Source of the DNA: Thalia democratica
Taxonomy: Eukaryota
Length of the DNA: 64,000 nucleotides
Reading direction: 5' to 3'
NCBI GenBank assembly: GCA_965202585.1
Contig: OZ241829.1
Coordinates: forward strand, 65,782,001-65,846,000
The notes beneath the pieces are model-generated. The model was not told where the DNA came from. It did no database searches and worked only from the letters and a program-made list of their open reading frames with translations. Of this stretch, positions 26,901 to 39,600 are shown piece after piece (positions within the stretch are counted from its first letter, which is position 1; each line of letters opens with the position of its first letter). The position numbers were made by a program, and so were the translations under genes.

Positions 26901-27110
26901 TTGTTCTGACCCCGGATTTACGGCTTACTTGAATTTCTTTATCTAATTTAAGGTATCATTGGTTTAGTTAAATACATTTTTGTGACGTCATAATTCAGAA
27001 TACTTCTTCAGTTTTTGATATCTATAGTTGTCTTTTTTGGTTTTAAATCTTTTCTAAGATGTCGTTTAAATGGTGTTGATTTTCAGAAAAAAAATTATCT
27101 TCTTTTTCAG
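19380..27110 (+). repeat. Tandem array of five 1.2-1.8-kb units, each with a 139-nt exon-like core and a family-A-like MITE
   Basis: Cores at 19642-19780, 21403-21541, 23205-23343, 24424-24562 and 25977-26115, each flanked by ctaacag and gtagga. MITEs at 20168-20514, 21950-22297, 23724-24034, ~24800-25068 (partial) and 26504-26643. Confidence 0.92.
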
Positions 27111-27809
27111 GATGAATGTGAATTTTTATCCAATATCCTTATTTTTCTACGTTTAATTTTCGATAATATATCCCTTTTTCTACAGTATTTGTTTTTAACG
27201 TAGTAATCTAGTTCAAGTTTTTTATTATAGAACCAACTAACACGTTTGATGTACTTTTAGTTTATATTAGTGATGAAAGAAACTTTTGTTACTCAAGTTT
27301 TTGTAGTTTTATATGGTTGTCTTAACTCAGTGAATACCGCTTGTTCTGTATTTATTTCCTTTCAACAACAACAAATAATATTTCTCTATTGTATTTGGTT
27401 AGAATCTTTTACAGAACCTTGAAATTGATCTTTATTTGACTTTTGTTCTTCTTAAAATTATTTTATATAGTTGTAAATTTATGCAAAGCTGGTTTGTGTT
27501 GACCTATCAATTTTACATTTTTGTACGTTTCTTCATTAGCAAACCAAAATGTATTTTTAATTAAGTTAATAGTTGTTATGTTTCGCAATAAAAATCCACG
27601 ATTTTCAAAAATGAATTTTGTTATGTTATTTAAATAAGTTTATAATTTAGCTTTGGTTGAAGTGCAGTTTGTACTTTGCTTTATTTTAAATAAGATTTTT
27701 TTTTTGACATTAAACAAACAATATTTAATTCTAGTAAGTACGTCTCTTTTTTAAACAGTGTTCTAAGTAGACTAATTGATTCATTATAATAATATTCAAT
27801 ATGATAATA

Positions 27810-27929
27810 AGTTTTTATACTATTTAACACATTATCTTACCTTAAACTTAACTTTAAATTAAAAATAGACCCAAAAAAGTGTACTTTTAAAAACCAGGAA
27901 AAAATTTGCCAACAGTATTTGGCAACCCT
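27810..27929. mobile_element. Right-hand fragment of a family-A MITE
   Basis: Matches the MITE interior (tttttatactatttaacac, ctaaaaatagac, gtgtacttttaaaaa) and ends in tggcaaccct. Confidence 0.55.
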
Positions 27930-28921
27930 ATTTTATGCCTTAAACTTGTGTTTTAAATATAAAACTAATGTTTTTGATTAAAGGGAAAGAAAATTAAACA
28001 CATTTAAACTGTAAAGTAAGTTGAACTAAAACTAGATAACACTTAACTAATTTTAAGTTGAATTTCTCGAATATGTGATTGCTTTTGTGTTAACAATATA
28101 AGTATATATTTCGAAACGCTACTTTTAATTTTGATGCTTTCAAATTTCTTAGTTTTTACTTATGTAATTAAATAACCAACATATCAAGATAGCAAGTTAA
28201 TCTCAAAATAAACGTCCTCTAAGGTAAATCTATGGTAAATTTTTACAGCTTCAGCTTAAAAGTTCAACGTTAGTAAAATAGAAATAATAATTTAATATAA
28301 AAGCAAGTACTAACTAAATTTTTGAATAAAAGCAAAACTAAATGAACACTTAATTGAATGATAATTTTAAACCATTTGTATTTTTGCTGTCATTTTTAAA
28401 TTTTGTGATGCGCTAAGTTGCAAACTAAGATTTTTAAAGAGTTTCTAACCTATAACCGTTCATAAAATTAGTGTTTGACAAAAGTGTGCACATTGAGCAG
28501 TAAACTTTGAGAAACCAACTTTAAACCACTTTATTTCTGTTTAATTTTGTATCAAACCGTTTCTGAAATTATAAAATTACTGAAGTATTTCTAGAGTATC
28601 GAGTTCTTAATTTGTTAAACCTAAATTCTTCGTATGTTTTTTAGCTTTAAAGTTAATATCAAAAGTAAAAGAACAAAAACGTTATGTGTTATTATTAAAA
28701 TTTTATTTATAAATCTTTTGTTATCCGATTTTTATTTATTTTTCATTCCAGTTTTGTACCTCAAGTCGTGCTTGTGGCCTCCTTTTCCTGACGCATCTTG
28801 TTAGTGTTATTTTACCCATAAAAACAGAACATACTATTAACAGACGAACAATTTTATAATTTTACGAAATAGAAACTAAAACTATTTATTATATTTAAAA
28901 TGTGTAATTTCATAGGTGATT

Positions 28922-29027
28922 ATGAAGAATGACCGAGAAGACGCAAAAAGAACCCGAGAACCAGAAGCGAAGTAACTAAAAATACTGCAAATTTGTTCCT
29001 ACGTCATAGTGTTTCTTACTTTGATAG
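28922..29027 (+). other. Candidate first coding exon (signal peptide or type II anchor) of the sushi/CTL gene, apparently disrupted
   Basis: After an acceptor-like ttcatag, ATG at 28,922 reads MKNDREDAKRTREPEAK*LKILQICSYVIVFLTLI. It ends in a phase-1 donor (G|gtgaac at 29,027/8) compatible with the phase-1 start of CCP1 at 33,677. There is an in-frame TAA at 28,973. Confidence 0.4.
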
Positions 29028-29160
29028 GTGAACATTGTTTGTTTTAGTTTATAAATTATAGTTATAGTTGTTAAAATTAGTTGTATTTTAATATTTAAGC
29101 ATACATTTCAATGTAATTCAGTATAATACAAGTCAAAAGGTAAAATACATTTTAAAGTAA

Positions 29161-29982
29161 AGTTTTTTACCATTATTACGTCATTAAATTATTTGGAATG
29201 AAGCAGGACCTGACCACAAGGATAGCCTAAACCAGAGGTCGCAGTGAAATTAAAAAAAAACGTTGTCCACACTTAATTAAAAAATTATAAAAACAAAAAT
29301 GGGATAAAATATACTATGATAAAGCACTCGTAAATAGTTTTATTATGAACATTCAAGTTCTTTTGTTTTTAAGTAGTGCTTAATGTTATCTGCTATTGAA
29401 ACTGTCGCTCTACAAACGAAATTTGGTTAAATGTTTAGTTATACATAAAGGTTAAGTGAGCTATCAATTAATTAGCATCAACTGCAAATCTGATGATACT
29501 CCTTTAACTTAATAGCTTAATACTCAATAAGAATTAAAAACCGCAGTCATATCATTCCAGGGCAAAACTAGTTTTTTACTATTATTACGTCATTAAATTA
29601 TTTGGAATGAAGCAGGACCTGACCACAAGGATAGCCTAAACCAGAGGTCACAGTGAAATTTAAAAAAAAACGTTGTCGCGGTCCACACTTAATTAAAAAA
29701 TTTAAAAAACAAAAATGGGATAAAATATACTATGATAAAGCACTCGTAAATAGTTTTATTATGAACATTCAAGTTCTTTTATTTAAAGTAGTGCTTAATG
29801 TTATCCGCCATTGAAACTGTCGCTCTACAAACGAAATTTGATTAAATGTTTAGTTATACATAAAAGTTAAGTGAGCTATCAATTAATTAGCCTCACGTGC
29901 AAATCTGATGATACTCCTTAAACTTAATTCCTTAATACTCAATAAAAATTAAAAACCGCAGTCATATTATTCCAGGGCAAAA
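29161..29982 (+). repeat. Tandem direct duplication of about 409 bp
   Basis: 29,161-29,569 is nearly identical to 29,570-29,982 (attattacgtcattaaattatttggaatgaagcaggacctgaccacaaggatagcc ... ttccagggcaaaa). Confidence 0.92.
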
Positions 29983-31139
29983 TTATGAGTTAACAGTAGC
30001 TTTAAAAGGTCCTTACAGTTCAAAAGAAAAACTTATGGAGTATTTGTTACATGTCGTTTTGTTGTAGTAGAAAAATGTAAAAGTTTAAATTACTGTGTAC
30101 ATCATATACACAACTGAATATTTATTTATATTATTTCGAACATAACCTTTAGAGTTGTACAACTCAGTACTATTGACTAAAAAGTTTATTTAAGCTTTTT
30201 ATTTTATAGGTTTTTCGTACTTTTATAAACTAAAAATACATACTCAGCTTGAATATATTTAATTATATCATTAATTGTTTAAAAACACAGTAGTAATAAA
30301 ATTAAAGTTTGCTTTACAGTGTTAAGCTTATTAACTGTACCACAAATTTCAAGTAATTTATTTTTTGATACGCAAAGTTTATGATAATTTTTAGCTTTGA
30401 TGATGTTGTTAAAAATAGTTTTTTGTTGAGAGTTACTTTTATTATTTACTTTAAACTTAGAGATTAAAACAAATACAATAATCAAACTTACTATCGAATT
30501 TGTAACAACTCAATGAGTAAAAAATGTATTATGTTTATAAAGTTTTCAAAATAGTATAGTTATTAATGAAACTTTAAGTACTTGCTATTCTTTAAAATAA
30601 AATATTAAAGTCAAAAACAAAAATAGTGTTGAAGTAAACTTATAAACTGCAGTAATTGTTATAAACGAAATTACAAAATGTTAAAAGTTAAATGTTATTA
30701 AACTTGTATTAATACTTGATCTTTGAAAAATAATACTTTATCTTAACTTAGATTTAAAAGTTGCGCAATATTTATATTCTATACAACATTAATTAAACAA
30801 TTTAAAATTTGAGTTTTTATTCTACACAGTGTTTAATGCGTAATGCAATGATCACGAACTAAAAGCTGTTTAAAGTAAGACTGACAAAGCTATATATACT
30901 AAATTATATAAGTCTGTTAAATTGACAAAAATTTCAAAGTCTTAATAACGAATTGAATAACTACTATAGAGCTATCATTCAAGTTATTATGAGTGTTAAA
31001 TTAGTTTTTTATACAAAAAACTTATTGGATACAGCTTACAATGAAATAAAAATATAAAATACCAATACGATATAAACACAAGCATAAATGCAACAAACTT
31101 AGAAAATGGTAAAGTATGCAATTACGGACACGAAAATGT

Positions 31140-32345
31140 TATGATTTTAGATATTTAGCGAAGTGTCTACATTTACCAATAAACTCAGTTCTGGAGTTGA
31201 GAGAGGAGTTTTTGTCAGCGATTGCTATTTCCTATTTTTTAATATTACACAGGGTGCATATTCTGCTCGGTTTGCGTTGATTAATTTTATGCATTATCTT
31301 CCATTTAACATTGTTCTTAATCATATCTTCATTGAACTTAGCGGAGTGAAAAAATGAGCTGAATTTTGTGGATTCTTTCAGATTTTAATTTCTGCAGCTA
31401 TGCATATTTTCGTTGTATCTTGTTTTAAAGTTTTTGCAGTGTATCCAAAATAATGCTGTTCTTTGTTATTATATGTGACAGTAGCTTTGTATATGACACG
31501 TCTGGAAAGGCATTTACCTTCCACTGGGCATGAGATTCTAATTCTACAATTGAAACTTGTTTCATTTTTCTTTTTGTTTTTACTTTCCTCTATGATTTTA
31601 GACTTGATTTGCTGATTTCGGATTCTATGTTGGGCATACATGAATAACTTATTTTGATTGCCTCTCTGTTGAGAATTTTATATATATTTGTTTTTAGGTA
31701 AAAGCTTATCTACTGATTTAATTTTTTTTTCCCTATTTTGGTCTTTAATGTTGCTCTAAAAGTAAGGTTGTAGTATAACACTTGTTTTTTTTTCTTTTTC
31801 TATCGCCCCTACCATCATTTTGATTTGAGTATTCTAAAACTTTATTAAAACCACTGTTTTTTAACGCTTTCTCGTATGATTTCTTGTAATTATCAGACAT
31901 AGTCATGTTTTTTGATAAATCAAATAGTATATTTTGTTTCATATTAGGTGGCTCTCTTTTGACGCTTGGTTAGATTTTATGTTTATGTTTTTTTCTTTAG
32001 CGTTTGGTTTTCTGTGGGGATGATATATCATTCTGTAGATCAAGTAATACATCCAGGAAGTCTATGTTACTGCTGTCTAATTCAATCTTATTTTTTAAGT
32101 TTTGGTCAGAGAAAACCGCTCTAATTTCTTTTCTTGTCTTTTCTATGACTCTTTTTGATCGCTTTTTAATTATAGAAATTCCATCATCGCGCTACTACTC
32201 GAAGTTATCTTTAGATAAAAATTAGTTTAGGTTATTCAATAGGAACAAAACGATTAACTTGCAAACTTCAGCGCCATGGTAGCTTCCCATCGGAACGTCA
32301 AATAGGTCTTCTTTTGCATTCTTTTTGATCCAAACTTCGTTGACA
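31140..32345 (-). mobile_element. Decayed, 5'-truncated Penelope-like retroelement (RT C-terminal half plus GIY-YIG endonuclease)
   Basis: Frame-hopping translation of the - strand gives WIKK..LFDVPMGSYHGAEVC, (**)RDDG, DFLDVLLDL, KILNREAIKISYSCMPNIES, NCR...CPVEGKCL..RVIYKATV....YFGYT, and CTLCN...LNSRTEFIGKCRH. These match the RT, linker and GIY-YIG/CCHH motifs of Penelope-like elements, with multiple stops and frameshifts. Confidence 0.88.
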
Positions 32346-33676
32346 TGCCTGAGAACTGTCTTGCACGAGTGTAGTATAGTATATATGTCTGAGTTTTGTT
32401 ATTTTCATATATTTTTTTTCAAGTTCGATCGATTTTTTTAGTAACAGATTTTTCGAGATACTTGGGTAGGATTCTTCTATATTAAATTTTATAAACGTGT
32501 AACTACTCTTGTTGTTGATTTTATTAAACCATTATATAACATTATCAATTTTTATCCATTGCTGTAACTTAGTTTTTTTCTTTAACTTTATTTTAAATTC
32601 TTAACAATAATTTTATATTATAAACAATCAAATAGTAAGTTAAACGCTTGTGCAACAGCAAACAATTAATGTATATGTTATAATACACAACATAAAGGTA
32701 ATTTTAAAGTAAATAAGATAACTGGTCACTCTTCTTAACATTCTTAAAACTATTGAAAAAATCAAAGACCTTATGTAAACACAAGAAATTTTTTCTTCAA
32801 TTAAAATATATTGCATTTGGTTTAAATTGTATATTTGTACAAAGTGTTTACATCCTTCTTTTTATTCAAAATTTCATTGCTTGCCTAAGCTTACCGATTT
32901 TCTGTATAAGATTCTATTTTTGTTTTGTAGTAACAACTGCCAGAAGTTTTTAAGCAATGGACATTAATTAAAACTGAGGATGTTTCTTAAAATCATGTCC
33001 ATCATACTAACTTTAAACCTCATAACAGTTTATACTGAAAAAAACTCTATTTATTAAAAATAAGTAAAGTATTTCAACTAAAACATTAAAAGACTTTAAA
33101 TTAAAACAGTAATGATAAAACAGAAGCGTTTAAATTTGTGTTATTTTTATCACACATGTTTTAATGAATTCACCTTGTTTATATCATAGTTTTAATTATA
33201 ACTGTATAAATCTATTCGTTTAACTTACAAAAATAACTATTATATACTATAACTTTTACTAACAACTTAAAAAGGACTTGGTAATTTGAAGCCCTTGGTG
33301 ATTTAAAATTTTTACAATTATTTTTGTGCAAAAAAAAAACGATGCTCACCTTTTATAATTTAAGACGAACTTTCTATAAAAAATAAATAGTCATTCTTAT
33401 GGAAAAAATTAGAAAATTTTGACTCTCTTGAGGTAGCTTACTTAGTAATTTTGATAAAAAAAAAGACCTTTCGTCTTTCGACGAAAAGCCTTTAGAAAAA
33501 AAAAAGGGAGAAAATGAAAAAAAAAAATGGCGCAAAAAAGCCCCCGACGAGTCACTTTGTACGCTTTTACCACAAACGGTGGTTTCTATTGAGAATACAA
33601 TACATAGTCAGGCGCGTTACACCACAGTGACTATCTGGTGAGTTGAAGGAAACTCATAACTTTTATTTTGTTTCAG

Positions 33677-36600
33677 TTTGCACGATCTTTCCCTACGTGG
33701 ACCATGCGATTCGCACCATCGAAAACTACGTGCAGGATGATGAGTACGAGTTCTTGTACATCCAGCTGAAGTTCACTTGCAAAAATGGTCACTCCTACGA
33801 GCAAAACCGCGCCAACAATCTGGTCGACTGCGAGATTGAAAGGGGATTTCCGGATTCCTCGCTGCTTCCCGTCTGCACGCAAGGTGAGACTCCGATAAAA
33901 CTAACATCTAAACAAAAATAACTTAAGTTTAGTTATAAGTTACAAAACTATAAACCAGAAACATTATTAGGTTGAGTGTACAAAATTAACATTTTAAATT
34001 AAAATCCAGGGTATAAAACATTATTACTGATTTGCTGCCTAATACTTATATCAATGTGTGGATAAAAATATTTACGAGTTGTTGTGGATAGTTAATTAAA
34101 ATATTCAGTGTGCAGCCCTATACCGGAAGTAGAGAACAGCGCCAGCTACAGAGTGTATTCGGATGTATATCCTCATTCAAATGAAAGCAACCCGTTCATT
34201 GGAAGCTCGGTTGAATATTTTTGCGAAAACCATTACGTGTCCTTGCAAACTTTCGCAAAATGTCTTCCGAACGGTACTTGGGACACCATTATGCAATGCT
34301 ATCCAGGTTTGAAACTTTTATTGCTCTTATATTTTAATATCTTTAGACAAAAAGTTTTGGAAGCAACGTTGTGTTGAATATATATATTACTGTCATGGAA
34401 GTTGTATTAGCTTTTCAAAGTTGTCATTTGTTGTATTCTACCTTATCTGTTCTGAAGACGAAAGCTAAGTCTAATATTCTTATTAAACTATAATTACTCT
34501 TTTTTGTAAATAATCAAAAAGTAATTTCAAGTAATACTCTCAGTAGTTTTCGTTTTAATGAAGACTAAATAAAAATAAAATGTACCATTTAAACGAATCT
34601 ACTCAAAAGTAATTAAAAGTTGTAACTAAATGTTGTTTGACTTTTACGTACATAGTATCTTTTAAATAATTAATTTTGCTCATGGGAATGTCAGACTAAA
34701 TCAGTAACTTCATAAAGTTAAATACTTTTTGCAGATTGTGGACAATCTCCAACGATTCTGAATGCAATCAAAAGTGTTACTTACCTTCAATTGAATGAAA
34801 CCTTGAGCTTGGAATCAAAAGCGACGTACACGTGTGAGGATGGCTATTGGAGCGTGCCTGCCATCAAAAATGTCACTTTCACGTGCCAAGAAGCTCCCTT
34901 GTGGAAGACTACTGAGTTTATATGTTCAAAAGGTGATACATAAACAACAACTTTAACTAAGCAAGTACTTATAAGTGTAATAAACTAGTTTACTAAAAAA
35001 TACTATTGAAAAAAAAGACAAACTTGTTAAAATTATCAAGCTTAAATTTCAGCTAAATTAAGTTATATAAGCTTAAGTTTTCAACAAATATATTAAGTTT
35101 AGTTATAATTTATATAGCTATGAGTAAAAAAAAGTTAAGTGGTCAAGTATGTAAAATTCGTATTTCAAATTAAAAATCCAGTATATAAAATTTTTAACAT
35201 ATATTTTAAACAAACCATGTCTACTGTAAATATGTCTTTAAAAAAAATGCTGTTGCAAAACTTTTTTTACTCTTTTAAGCTAAGTACATTTTAACAAACT
35301 ATGTGATAAACTTGTATTATTCAATCAACCAACGTTCACAATTCAGAATGCCCAAAAACTGAACCGTCAACCGGTGTGATAGCCTCACTAGAAAATCTTG
35401 CTTACGACGACTTGTTCGTAGCAGGCAGTAAACTCACGTTTTCATGTGGAAACAATGGAGTTTTGATTGGTGAGGAATCAGTAGAATGCCATGTCAATGG
35501 AAGTTGGAACTCTGCTTTTCCATCTTGTTACAGTCGTTAGTTTTAACTTACTTTTACTACACTAATGAAAAATCAAATAAAGAGAAATTTTAATGACTTC
35601 ATAAGTTCTTTTTTGGAGATACAGTATGTGTTCAGTTAATATTTTTGACATAAGAACTTTTTTTTATTCAAATAAACTAAATTACAGCTAAAAGAAAACT
35701 TAAATTTAAAACACATCTATATATAAAAGGATTTTTTTTAACTTTTTTTTTTCGCTGGAAATAACTTTTAACTAAGTAGTTAAATATACAGTTCTTGTTT
35801 TCAAACTTATTGTTTAAAAATAATTGCAAAAAGTCATCTAAAAAGTAGTTAAGTTCACATTAAAATTCACAAGTTTATAGCTACAAAACGCTTGTAAGAA
35901 TTCAAGTAATAAAAACACGTTGTTTTGAGCTATTTATCTATTTTTAAATAAAACAGAGTGTCCATCCATGGATCTGGAACTTGCCAACGGCTACGTTTAC
36001 TTCACCAACCCGCTTCGACGGGGCTACTTTCTCGCCAGTGACGTGTTGAGTTACGAGTGCAAGGAAGGTTATTTTTTCCTGGAGGGAGTCAAAGAAGATT
36101 ACGTGTACGAGTGTGCGGAGAATGGCGCGTGGAACAACACAAAAAGTCCCTTCTGTGTCACCGGTACGTTGACGCCAGTAGTCGTTCACCAACTGCATAT
36201 TTGTATTAAGGATTTATTTTCAAAGCAATAAGATTAATAACCTTTTTATGTTTCTTAGTTTATAAGTTAGTAAAAAAAAGTTATTTTACATGTTTTGTTG
36301 TGTGAAATTGATTTGCACGTGATTACAAAAGCCTTATGTATCAGATACAATTCTCAGAGTTCAAAAAAAAAAAATACAGTTGAAAATTTAAAAAACTTAT
36401 GCATGTGTCTAGCTTTTTTCAACTGCTGCAAATAAACTGACTTAGATTGTAAGCACACATCTGTTCATCTATAAAGAGCACAGAAAATAGTTAGCCAAAT
36501 GTATTTTAACGTATCAATAGTAGCTTTAAAAACAAGGTGTACATAGTTTTTAGCTGAAATTGTAACGATTCAAGTATTTAAGCAAAAACTTTAAAAAACT

Positions 36601-39600
36601 TGGAATTATAAAAAATCTAAATATTTCCACTGTTAAGTTTTAAATTGTAGAACAAAAATATTTTTGAAATTTATTTCAATAAGTAGTTATTAGCAGAGAG
36701 ATACTTGAAACTTTAAACCTGAGCAACTCAAAAATGCTAACATCTAAAAGTGTTTTTTACACACATAGATTGCGGCGACCCACCCGAAGGTGACTTGGTT
36801 TCTAGGAATGTCACTGACGGTCCGGCCGGAGACAAGCTGTGGAGCGGCGTGGAAGTCACCTACGAATGCAAACCCGACCACGAGCTGAAGTGGGGGGAAG
36901 CGGCAGTTGTGGTTTGCGGGAGCGACGGAAGTTGGAGCGAAGGTACCGCGCCTACATGCGCTCCCGGTACAGTTAACAAACTAATATCTAACACAGCTTG
37001 TTGTGTAATTATTTGTGTTGACTACAAAAAAGCTTAACTTACATAGTAAAGAGCTTTTTTAAATATTAACAATTACGAAAGTTCGAATTAACTATTACTA
37101 TTAGGTTTCGGTGAGAAAAATTCCGACCTTATCAAATACTAATAAAGTAGTAAACTGCACTATAGAGTGTTGTTTATGTAATGAGACCTGGTAACAAATA
37201 GAATAACTAAATCGCATTTTTATTATAACTATTTACTAACACAGCTTTTTAAAATATTTTGTTCTCTTCCTGTTAGTGTGCGACGTGCCACCCATGGTCG
37301 AGCATTCCACCACTTCCAACGACACCGTGGCGCTTGAAGCGGAGAGCTTGGCGTTGAGCGCGATCGAGTACCACTGCGACAGCGGGTACCACATAAACGA
37401 CGAATCGCTGAGAAGAATCAACTGCGAGTCCGGACCTGTTTGGAAGTACACGCGGCTGCCTACGTGCTTAAAAGGTGATAACATTAAACGTTTAGGTGAT
37501 TTTTAAAACGCGACGACCATAAACTACAGTACATGTGACATTCTGAGTAATAGTTTTTGCGGGGCAGTTTACTGCTTATTGGCTGATGGCGAAAACAGCA
37601 TTCCAGCTTTGCTGAACTTAGCCGAAATAACAACTAATTTTTGTAACTCAAAACAGATTTTAAGTACAGTTTTAATATTTCACAGTTTGTGATGATGTAC
37701 CCGACGTACCTAACGCCAGATCAACTAATTTTACTAACGTTGAAAGAATAGAGGATGATTATGTAAATGGTACTACGGTGGAAATAATTTGCAGTGAAAA
37801 TTACACACAAATCGAAACACAGACGGTGTGTGGCGTCGACGGCAAGTGGACACCAAAAATGAATTGCTACCCAGGTCTGAAACTATGTTTAGTTTTTATA
37901 AAAAAAAATCTTATTTAATTATATCTACAAACATATTTCTGTGCTAATCTTATCCAAGCTCAAAAAGGCATATGTTTTAAATAAAGTTAAGAGGTATGAT
38001 ATCTAAGTAACTAAGTTAATAAAATTTCATTAAATATATTTTTTTTCAGAATGCGAAGCATTAAAAGACCGTGACCATGCAAACAAAACTGTAATAAAGT
38101 CAGTGGTGATCAACGAAAATAAAACGCTTGAGTACGTAGTCAGCTACGCATGCGACGAAGGTTACAGAACTGAACCGAGAAATACTGACACGATCCACAC
38201 CTGCGACAACGGCAAATGGAGCTACAATGAGTTTGAATGCGTGGAGGATCTTAAAAGTTGGTAGTGTTACGTATAAGCATAGATTAACAATTTTTAATGT
38301 TACTTGAATACTTACTTGCTTTTTTCGTTAGCTTTTAATAGCTTTCATTACAAACAGTTTGCCCGGATTTACCGTTAGATGATCCGAACAGGGAGTTTAA
38401 GTTTTTAACTGAAGTTGAAAAAGGGTATTTGGTTGCTGGAACTGAGGTTACTGTGACCTGTAACGGCTTTACAGTTGTTAGCAACACGGATCTGACATAC
38501 AACAAGTGTCTTCGAAACGGAAAATGGCAAAATGTCTTTCCTATTTGTTTTCCAGGTTAAAACTTTAGATTTTGACTTTTGTTTTATAATTATTTAAATT
38601 ACAGTAAGATAACTCTGTTTTAATTTGTATTGGTAAAAGTTATTTAGAGGTATTTATATGTTAATCAGTGTAAAATCTTAATAAAATTTTTATCGATATA
38701 TATTTTTTTATTTACTAATCTACTTTTTTTTCAGATTGTTTGGATTTGAACACTTGGTCTTCTTCTGCTATTATGGTGAATATTATTAACTATGATCATA
38801 ACTACCAACAAAACAGTGGACGTTTGTATCCCACTCGAATTGAATACGACTGCTCACATGGTTATACGCCACTAAACCCTCACGACACAAATATTTATTG
38901 CAACCCGGAAACTGGCAAATACGAACCGGAACCAAAATGCCTTATTTGTAAGTAATTTCCTATGTTATTAAGTATGTTTCTCTCAATGAAAAATTATTGA
39001 AGATTATGTATATCAACCTAATTAAAAACTACATTTATTTTAACAAAACACTAATGCGCATCTATTTTTAAACTTTGTTTTAATTTTTGTTTTTTTAAAT
39101 TTTTCTATACTTGTTTTTTAGCTAAACGAGGTTGTATAAACAAAGTAAAACAAAAAATTTGTGTAATTTCTTATGTAACCAACAAAGTTGTACAAACAGA
39201 CAAGTAACTAACAACCTTTTTACGTTTCAGTCTGCCAAGGTGTACCGTCGTTCGACGGAGCAACGACCCACATCGTCCACCAGCGGCAGCCCCAACTGTC
39301 CAGTTTCGTCTACGGCGACGTGCTGACGTTTTCCTGCGACGGCCACAAACGGTTTCTTCCTTCCAACCCGTCGCTGACTTGCCAGGAAAACGGAAGGTGG
39401 GGACCCGACACGCTGATTGGCTGCGTTGAAGGTAAGAAAAAATCCCCAAAAGTATGAGTACAATCTAATTTGACTTTTTTTTTTACAGATGACGTGTGCC
39501 CGTCTCCACCGCAAATCGCCTTTTCCTCGCACCACGACTACTACAGGCCTCCGACTCCGGCAAACTCTACCGACTCGATGTGGCTTCCGGAAACGATCCT

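Noticed and set aside
19380-27110. CRISPR-like or Dscam-like interpretation of the array
   Set aside because: Units are kb-sized eukaryotic DNA with no short repeat-spacer structure. No flanking constant exons or docking sites were identified to support true mutually exclusive splicing.
17651-28975. Recurrent in-frame TAA in leader-like exons while the intact genes end in TGA, suggesting stop-codon reassignment
   Set aside because: No TAA or TAG occurs in about 2,225 codons of the CCP-CTL gene or in CBR, which reassignment in an AT-rich genome would make very unlikely.
12535-33000. Short AT-rich ORFs (12535, 13028, 27015, 30279, 32753, also 53969)
   Set aside because: 60-70 aa, F/K/I/N/L-biased, and expected by chance in AT-rich DNA.
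33527-33637. Alternative first exons just upstream of CCP1 (MAQKSPRRVTLYAFTTN-G|gt, or the donor-like ctg|gtgagt at 33,637)
   Set aside because: The first is not hydrophobic enough for a leader. The second needs a 39-nt intron (shortest elsewhere 57 nt) and has an upstream in-frame TGA. Neither is fully excluded without transcripts.
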